From contig NW_021829575.1 in NCBI RefSeq assembly GCF_006345805.1, forward strand, positions 1-5,910: a stretch of 5,910 nucleotides of DNA. Direction: 5' to 3'. The notes beneath the pieces are model-generated. The model had not been told where the DNA came from and made no database searches. It saw only the letters and a program-made list of their open reading frames with translations. Shown piece after piece: positions 1 to 5,308 of the stretch. Source of the DNA: Octopus sinensis. Its lineage: Eukaryota. The translations under genes were made by a program, and so were the position numbers. Position 1 is the first letter of the stretch, and the number at the start of each line of letters is the position of its first letter.

Positions 1-8
1 TCTCACGT

Positions 9-31
9 ACACACACACATACATACATACA

Positions 32-66
<35 letters not shown>
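9..66. repeat. Compound microsatellite: short (AC)n, (ACAT)11, short (AT)n
   Basis: Read directly: ACAT x11 at 17-60, preceded by (AC)n and followed by ATATAT. Confidence 0.97.
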
Positions 67-103
67 TTAAGCACAACTATATACCATATACGTCTGTATA
101 TAC

Positions 104-105
<2 letters not shown>

Positions 106-136
<31 letters not shown>
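106..136. repeat. (TA)15 microsatellite
   Basis: Uninterrupted alternating TA at 106-136. Confidence 0.97.
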
Positions 137-141
<5 letters not shown>

Positions 142-179
142 TATATATAATACTCCTTTTTGATAACATATACTACACA

Positions 180-182
<3 letters not shown>

Positions 183-223
<41 letters not shown>
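183..223. repeat. (TA)20 microsatellite
   Basis: Uninterrupted alternating TA; source of the IYIYIY run in ORF 160..348. Confidence 0.97.
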
Positions 224-228
<5 letters not shown>

Positions 229-386
229 GCAATATGCAAATGTTCTTTTAAAAAATCGTTTCTTTTAATTTTTCCAAATTTCATTGTTTTCCATACTTGC
301 ATTGAAAAAGTCTCAATGACTGAACAGGTACTAGAAATGTTTTTATAAAATTATTTTAGCATTTTGTATCTTGACTTTTTTTCCAT

Positions 387-405
387 ACACACACACAACA
401 CACAC

Positions 406-463
<58 letters not shown>
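387..463. repeat. Compound (AC)n-(AT)n microsatellite
   Basis: (AC)n 387-437 with two AA interruptions, then (AT)n to 463. Confidence 0.96.
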
Positions 464-466
<3 letters not shown>

Positions 467-1254
467 ATACAAAAATGTACGTCGTCTCTTATACCAGTTT
501 TCTCTTGCAGTGACGGGGTTGCATTCTTAAGTTTCTTAAATGACCACTCCATCGATAATATGAATCTTGAAATGGTTGGATTTAAACATAGATATGTTTA
601 AACAAATTCAAACGCAACCAACTTAGTTAATGGTGCTTTAGACGTTCGAGGTAATCATATCACCATGGAACACCGAATAAAGAAACGCTATATATTCATA
701 GAAATTCTGACATTCCAGTTATATAATTAGGAATTTATTTTCCTGCATCAAGATACCTGGTAACCTATCCTCAGAGACTCTTTTAATAAGGTTGCAGCTC
801 ATTAGGACGAAGATATCTTTGGATGACGAATAATGCTCGTTATTATTGGCAGGTTCAACTTACATATAAGAGTTGGCTGCACACAAGTGGTGTTATTGAC
901 TAATGGACACTGATGGATACGACTCAGACTGACACTTTCAAAGATCAGTGCTTGACAAATGATGGGCGGTGAACTGAACTTTTCTGCAATAGGATTATAG
1001 ATATTCAATGGTGGTTAATATCTGCTAAAGAATTCTCCAAAAGAGTCAAAGTGTTTAATATATAAAACAGCTGTCCCCACCACCCACCGGCAGGAATATT
1101 GCACAAGTTGTTTACAATATTCGTAGCACTCACTATTGGGTAAAAAGACGTAAAGATGAGCTATTACACATTACAGCATCGAATCGAAGTACTCTTTATA
1201 TATACCAAGGAGAAACCTACTTTTAAATACCCATGAATATAATGTTACTCAACT

Positions 1255-1255
1255 T

Positions 1256-1335
<80 letters not shown>

Positions 1336-1343
1336 CACACACA
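1255..1343. repeat. Interrupted (TA)n microsatellite ending in short (CA)n
   Basis: (TA)15 at 1261-1290, further TA with phase shifts, then ACACACACA; abuts the left end of the fold-back element. Confidence 0.95.
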
Positions 1344-1552
1344 TCTTATCAATAAAGATGTAACGACATCACAAAAACTGTTACTCAGAGTTATCGTTCC
1401 CGTTCGTCGGACACTCTTGGTGAACGGGAACGTGGAACTCTGAGTAACAGTTTATGTAATGTATTTGCAGCTTTATATTATAAAACACATTACTCTGTCT
1501 TCGGTATCCGAGTACTGTTTTCCTTCTACCTTGTTTCACATTCGTGTTCTTT

Positions 1553-1557
<5 letters not shown>
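1344..1557 (+). mobile_element. Fold-back repeat with two degenerate head-to-head hammerhead-like motifs plus tail; putative non-autonomous Penelope-like derivative (copy 1)
   Basis: Perfect inverted arms 1375-1392/1436-1453 (18 bp) and 1395-1405/1422-1432 (11 bp), imperfect pairing out to about 1352/1476. Shares an exact 19-mer CGTTCCCGTTCGTCGGACA with 4564-4582. Tail 15-mer ACCTTGTTTCACATT (1528-1542) is the exact reverse complement of 4458-4472. The Penelope assignment is inference from the ribozyme architecture. Confidence 0.75.
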
Positions 1558-1602
<45 letters not shown>

Positions 1603-1612
1603 ATATATATTA
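1558..1612. repeat. (TA)n microsatellite with one phase shift
   Basis: Read directly; abuts the tail end of copy 1. Confidence 0.96.
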
Positions 1613-1614
1613 GG

Positions 1615-1638
1615 GGTTAAGCAACAAGTTGCTTAACC
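1615..1638. repeat. Perfect 11-bp inverted repeat with 2-nt spacer
   Basis: GGTTAAGCAAC-AA-GTTGCTTAACC. Confidence 0.9.
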
Positions 1639-1721
1639 ACATACCGAAAATTTATTCCTGTCATCAGCACAATAATTCGATAATTTATAAATTAGGAAAT
1701 GCTATGAACCTACCCTTTGAT

Positions 1722-1798
1722 TATGTATATATATTTATATACATATGTGTGTGTGTGAGTGTGTGTGTGTGTGTGAGTGTGTGTGTGTGTGTGTATGC

Positions 1799-1829
<31 letters not shown>

Positions 1830-1848
1830 TATATATGTATATTTATAT
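1722..1848. repeat. Compound (TA)n-(TG)n-(TA)n microsatellite
   Basis: Long interrupted (TG)n at about 1746-1830 flanked by degenerate TA; source of the CVCV/HTHT ORFs. Confidence 0.95.
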
Positions 1849-2260
1849 GGCCATGTAGTAGGTATCTTGCTTCCCAACCATGCTTCTGCTTTCAGTCCTA
1901 CTGCATGATACCTTCGGCAGGTGTCTTCAATAACCTCGGGCCGACTAATGCCTTGTGAGTGGATTTGGTGGACGGAAATTGAAAGAAGTCTGACATATAT
2001 ATATGTATATATTTGCTTGTGCGTGTGTGTGTGCTTGTGTGTCTGTCTTTCTATGTGTCTGTGTTTGTCCACCACCACCACCACTTGACAACCGGTGATG
2101 GTGCGTTTACGGCCCTGTAACTTAGCGGTTCGGGAAAAGACACCATTGAATAACTACCAGGCTTTAAACGAAAACGTCCTGAGATCGATTTATTCGATTA
2201 AAATCATTTAAGGTCATGCCCATGCATGGACACAGTCAGATGACAAGATACAAAATTAAA
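1848..2260 (+). mobile_element. Diverged tRNA-derived SINE with CORE-like segment and internal (TA)/(TG) microsatellite
   Basis: A-box-like TGGCCATGTAGT (1848-1859); decayed B-box-like CTTTCAGTCC (1889-1898); CORE-like ...ATACCTTCGGCAGGTGTCTT (cf. MIR core ACCTTGGGCAAGTCACTT); internal microsatellite about 1995-2064; 3' body shares a module with the second SINE. Resembles an abundant Octopus SINE as recalled from memory, not verified. Ends approximate; no target-site duplication seen. Confidence 0.8.
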
Positions 2261-2429
2261 ATTTCAACTCCAAATACATTTCCAAAATCATAAATAAACA
2301 TTTCTCCAGCAATTATCAAAAACAACTTTCTGCGACGCTTAGAAGCGTAAGTTTTATATTCCTTGCCATTTCAGCGAAAACCTAAAAATGAATGCATAAG
2401 ATTATAAGGTTGCCAATGTATTCTAATTC

Positions 2430-2544
2430 CGAGGGGTGTATGAAAAGTCTTGAACCTCAAAAACACAAAGTATGGTACAAGACTTCTGTTGAAGGTACAG
2501 GATTTCAAGGCCTTGAAAGCTCTAAACTTTTCATACACCCCTCG
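2430..2544. mobile_element. 115-bp Tc1/mariner-type MITE (non-autonomous)
   Basis: Perfect 19-bp terminal inverted repeats CGAGGGGTGTATGAAAAGT (2430-2448) and ACTTTTCATACACCCCTCG (2526-2544). TA follows the right end (2545-2546); the left flank is TC, one mismatch from a TA duplication. No transposase ORF. Confidence 0.82.
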
Positions 2545-2947
2545 TATGTTTATAATTCTGTCAAGGTGTGAAATTCATGGCACAGACTGGACCTATTTCT
2601 TACGTTTGGCTTTTTGCATTCATCAGGAATTCTAGCCAAATCTACTGATTTTCCTAATTTTAGAATTGTATTCTTGCAGTATTGCCTTGAACTTGTATTA
2701 AGGAAGTGATTCCGTCTAGTTTTTGGTGTTGGTGTTGTGCTTCAGATGAACTCTACCGATGAGACCTAAGGTATCTGATTCCTTTGTTGTTAAACAGGAT
2801 GCTGTCTGAAATTGATTCGGCTCTTATGTCTAGGAGATAGAGCGACCACATAGTGTCCCGGTCGTTCAACTCGTGTCGGGTTTTGGTTCTGGACGGGCGT
2901 AGTGTGTCTGAGGATCTGAAAGCTCTCTGTATGTCTACGAGTAGGCT

Positions 2948-3047
2948 CATTCATTCATTCATACATTCATTCTTTCCGTCATTCATTCATTCATACATTC
3001 ATTCATTCCGTCATTCATTCATCCCTTCATTCATTCATACATTCATT
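2948..3047. repeat. (CATT)n tetranucleotide repeat, 25 units, with a 32-bp higher-order duplication
   Basis: 2948-2979 and 2980-3011 are identical at 31/32 positions, including variant units CATA and CCGT in the same slots. Confidence 0.95.
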
Positions 3048-3107
3048 CTACTGTTATTTCTCTTCATATCCGACTAGATATCACGAATCCTTCTCAGAGT
3101 GCAATTG

Positions 3108-3113
3108 CACACA

Positions 3114-3165
<52 letters not shown>

Positions 3166-3272
3166 ACATGCACGCACAAGCACACACACACAAACATACG
3201 TGCAAACACATATACTCGCAAACATACACACACGCACATTCTCGCGTGCACACACGCCCGCAAACACACACA
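3108..3272. repeat. (CA)n microsatellite decaying into degenerate CA/CG/TA-rich sequence
   Basis: Near-pure (CA)n 3108-3168, then degenerate; source of four overlapping artefactual ORFs. Confidence 0.94.
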
Positions 3273-4056
3273 AAGTCTTGACTAACAAAGAGTACGTTAT
3301 GCAAATTGTCCTGTTTTCCTTTCTGTAATGGTCCATTTATAATCATGTCGTGATTTACTTTTTATATATCTTATATATTTAAAATGACAACCGTTCCTCT
3401 TTTTACGGTGTCAATGTGATATTTTCGGAAAACAGTAAGTACTTTTAGAAAGCTGAATGCGTGCGTAGGAGCTCCCCCGTTGGCCAATACGACATTTTAT
3501 GCTGATGAAAATTATAAACATTATCATTTATAATGAAACAATCTCGTACTATTAATACGATATAAGGCACTGGAAAAATGTGTGACCGTCACATGTAAAA
3601 ATATGAAAACATGAACATCCCAACAATTAAAATTCCTCCATTCAAGCATTCAGGGACTTTGAGTAATTGATTGCCTTTAAACAAAAGCACATCACGAGTT
3701 CAAGCCACCCACCATTATGAAAACAGCGTGGGATACACTCTAAATGTCAATTGGGGATAAGTGTGAGCAGAAAAACACGCCGTTTGTATGTTTAAACATA
3801 TTTGTAAACAGCAATATGTAAAAGCATGTATAGAGTCGAATTAGATACTAAACGCTGTTCGGATTCGTTTCAACAATCAATTGTTCAAATATATAATATA
3901 ATAAAAGGCAAAAAATATATATATCTTTCTTAAGTTCTATTTTAGTTAAACTGATCCTAGTAATGTATTGTTTAATTGAATGATGTTAACAGAACACCTC
4001 TGTGCTATTCTAACTCATAGATCCATTGACACCGACGTACAACCTTCTATAAAAAG

Positions 4057-4190
4057 CGCACAACAGACACGTACACATGCATGTGCAAGTACATACGCAT
4101 ATACACACGCATGTACAGAAGTACACACAAACACATACACATACGCGCTCACACAGACACGCACACACATACACACTCACACATATATAT
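4057..4190. repeat. Degenerate (CA)n/(CATA)n alternating purine-pyrimidine tract
   Basis: Old interrupted CA-type repeat ending in a short TA run. Confidence 0.88.
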
Positions 4191-4276
4191 CGGAGTAAGC
4201 GCATAAAGGCGAAGCAAGGTGGGAAAAAGAGTACTCAAATACCAGAGGTAGAGTGATATGCTGCTTTTTAATAAAG
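4191..4276 (-). mobile_element. Internally deleted copy of the fold-back element: tail present, ribozyme hairpin absent (copy 2)
   Basis: 4192-4261 aligns to 4445-4512 at about 83% by hand (58/70 columns). 4259-4280 is identical to 4644-4665 (TGCTGCTTTTTAATAAAGTATA). Confidence 0.85.
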
Positions 4277-4388
4277 TATACATATACATACATATATATA
4301 TTATATATATATATTATATATATATATATATATATTATATAATATATATATATATATGTATTAATATATATATATAATATTATATATA

Positions 4389-4440
<52 letters not shown>
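4277..4440. repeat. Long interrupted (TA)n microsatellite
   Basis: Read directly; separates copies 2 and 3. Confidence 0.96.
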
Positions 4441-4443
4441 CTC

Positions 4444-4662
4444 TGGAGTAAACACATAATGTGAAACAAGGTGAAAAAAGAGTACTCAAATAACACTGGT
4501 AGAGTAATATGCTTTATTCGAAAGCAGCAGAAAATTCAACAAAACTTGTTACTCTGAGTTTCACGTTCCCGTTCGTCGGACAGTTTTTTCTAGCAAAAAA
4601 CTGTCCGATGACGGGAACGTGAAACAGGTTTCGTTGAATTTTCTGCTGCTTTTTAATAAAGT
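4444..4662 (-). mobile_element. Fold-back element with hammerhead motif, AATAAA and ~70-nt tail; putative non-autonomous Penelope-like pLTR derivative (copy 3)
   Basis: Inverted arms 4521-4550/4623-4652 (28/30) and 4559-4589/4595-4624 (one substitution, one gap) around a 5-nt spacer CTAGC; the two right-arm intervals overlap at the deletion junction. AATAAA on the - strand at 4518-4513. Tail homologous to 1485-1557 and 4192-4261. Flanked by (TA)n on both sides. Confidence 0.8.
4541..4587 (-). ncRNA. Putative minimal type I hammerhead ribozyme (U4C core variant, palindromic helix III)
   Basis: Minus strand reads AAAACUGU-CCGACGA-ACG-GGAA-CGU-GAAA-CUC-A-GAG-UA^ACA(A)GUUUU. Helix I: 3 bp + bulged A + 5 bp. 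Helix II: 3 bp + GNRA loop. G12A13A14A15.1 intact. Helix III ACUC/GAGU closed by 1 nt. Predicted cut between 4550 and 4549 after GUA. The core differs from canonical CUGANGA at position 4; activity untested. Confidence 0.68.
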
Positions 4663-4674
4663 ATATATATACAC

Positions 4675-4729
<55 letters not shown>

Positions 4730-4735
4730 CAAATA

Positions 4736-4774
<39 letters not shown>

Positions 4775-4800
4775 ACAAAATTATATATACAACATATATA
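4662..4800. repeat. Long interrupted (TA)n microsatellite
   Basis: TA-dominated 4662-4770, degenerate to 4800. Confidence 0.95.
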
Positions 4801-5095
4801 AACAACGTCACTCGCGAAAATTCCTATGTCTGTGTCTATTACTGCAACTATTGTCCATGATTTTGTTGTTATGTTAATGAACAGGAAAACAAAATTCACA
4901 GAAAACTCTTCATTCCTGTATTCAGTCAAATGTAGAACCACTACAGAACTCTATACTAATCATAATTGTCTGTGGAGGTCAGAATAATGAGTAAACTATC
5001 TACCTTTTTGCTTGATTCCTCCCCATAATTGCAACAAGTTTAAACAAAATATTTGGTTCAAGATATGAGTTAACTCCATTCGACTTTATATTAGT

Positions 5096-5308
5096 AAAAT
5101 AATCCTTTTAATCTAGGCGTGAAATTTTTAGGGGAGGGGGTTAGTCAATTAAATCGAAATCAGTGTTCAACTGGTACTTATTTCACCGATCCCGAAAGAA
5201 TGAAAGGCAAAGTCGACCTCGGAGGAATTCGAACTCAAAACCTGAAGACGGAAGGAATGCCGCTACGCATTTCGTCCGGCGTACTAACGATTCTGCCAGC
5301 ACGCCGCC
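5096..5308 (-). mobile_element. tRNA-derived SINE, near full length
   Basis: Minus strand starts GGCGGCGTGCTGGCAGAATCGTTAG (A box), has B box GTTCGAATTCC, then GAGGTCGACTTTGCCTTTCATTCTTTCGGGATCGGTGAAATAAGTACCAG, a central domain resembling conserved metazoan SINE domains, and an AT-rich 3' end. Resembles a very abundant Octopus SINE from memory, unverified. 3' end approximate; no TSD found. Confidence 0.85.
5224..5298 (-). promoter_or_regulatory. Internal RNA polymerase III type-2 promoter (A and B boxes) of the SINE
   Basis: A box TGGCAGAATCG (5298-5288) about 10 nt from the 5' end; B box GTTCGAATTCC (5234-5224); spacing about 53 nt. Confidence 0.7.

Noticed and set aside
160-601. ORFs 160..348, 343..552, 371..601
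   Set aside because: They are open largely because they cross stop-free TA/CA microsatellites; the peptides are IY/HT/CV repeats with no recognisable domain.
802-1008. 68-aa minus-strand ORF and surrounding non-repetitive 640-1250 region
   Set aside because: Starts at TTG two codons after a stop; hand translation of all six frames around the ORF gave no recognisable motif.
1629-2084. ORFs 1629..1958 and 1710..2084
   Set aside because: Composed of (TG)n/(TA)n microsatellite plus SINE sequence.
2585-2632. Minus-strand CUGAUGA (2626-2620) followed by GAAA (2599-2596)
   Set aside because: Helix II needs an A-A mismatch at its base, and helices I and III do not pair; consistent with chance.
2853-3346. 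Five overlapping ORFs (2853..3077, 3074..3346, 3081..3269, 3094..3336, 3099..3281)
   Set aside because: Artefacts of the (CATT)n and (CA)n tracts.
3384-3600. Small hairpins (GACAACCGT/ACGGTGTC, TGTGAC-C-GTCACA), GTAAGT at 3435-3440 and a CCAAT motif near 3484
   Set aside because: Short motifs expected by chance; no matching exon, acceptor or transcript context to support them.
3696-3706. B-box-like GAGTTCAAGCC
   Set aside because: No convincing A box, cloverleaf or SINE body nearby.
1344-4662. Repeated palindromic units considered as a CRISPR array or bacterial terminators
   Set aside because: Copies are dispersed, differently oriented and lack unique spacers; the context is eukaryotic (SINEs, dense microsatellites) with no cas genes.
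3980-4941. ORFs 3980..4198, 4010..4204, 4177..4455, 4514..4732, 4561..4941, 4619..4801
   Set aside because: They run through CA/TA microsatellites and the palindromic element; low-complexity peptides.
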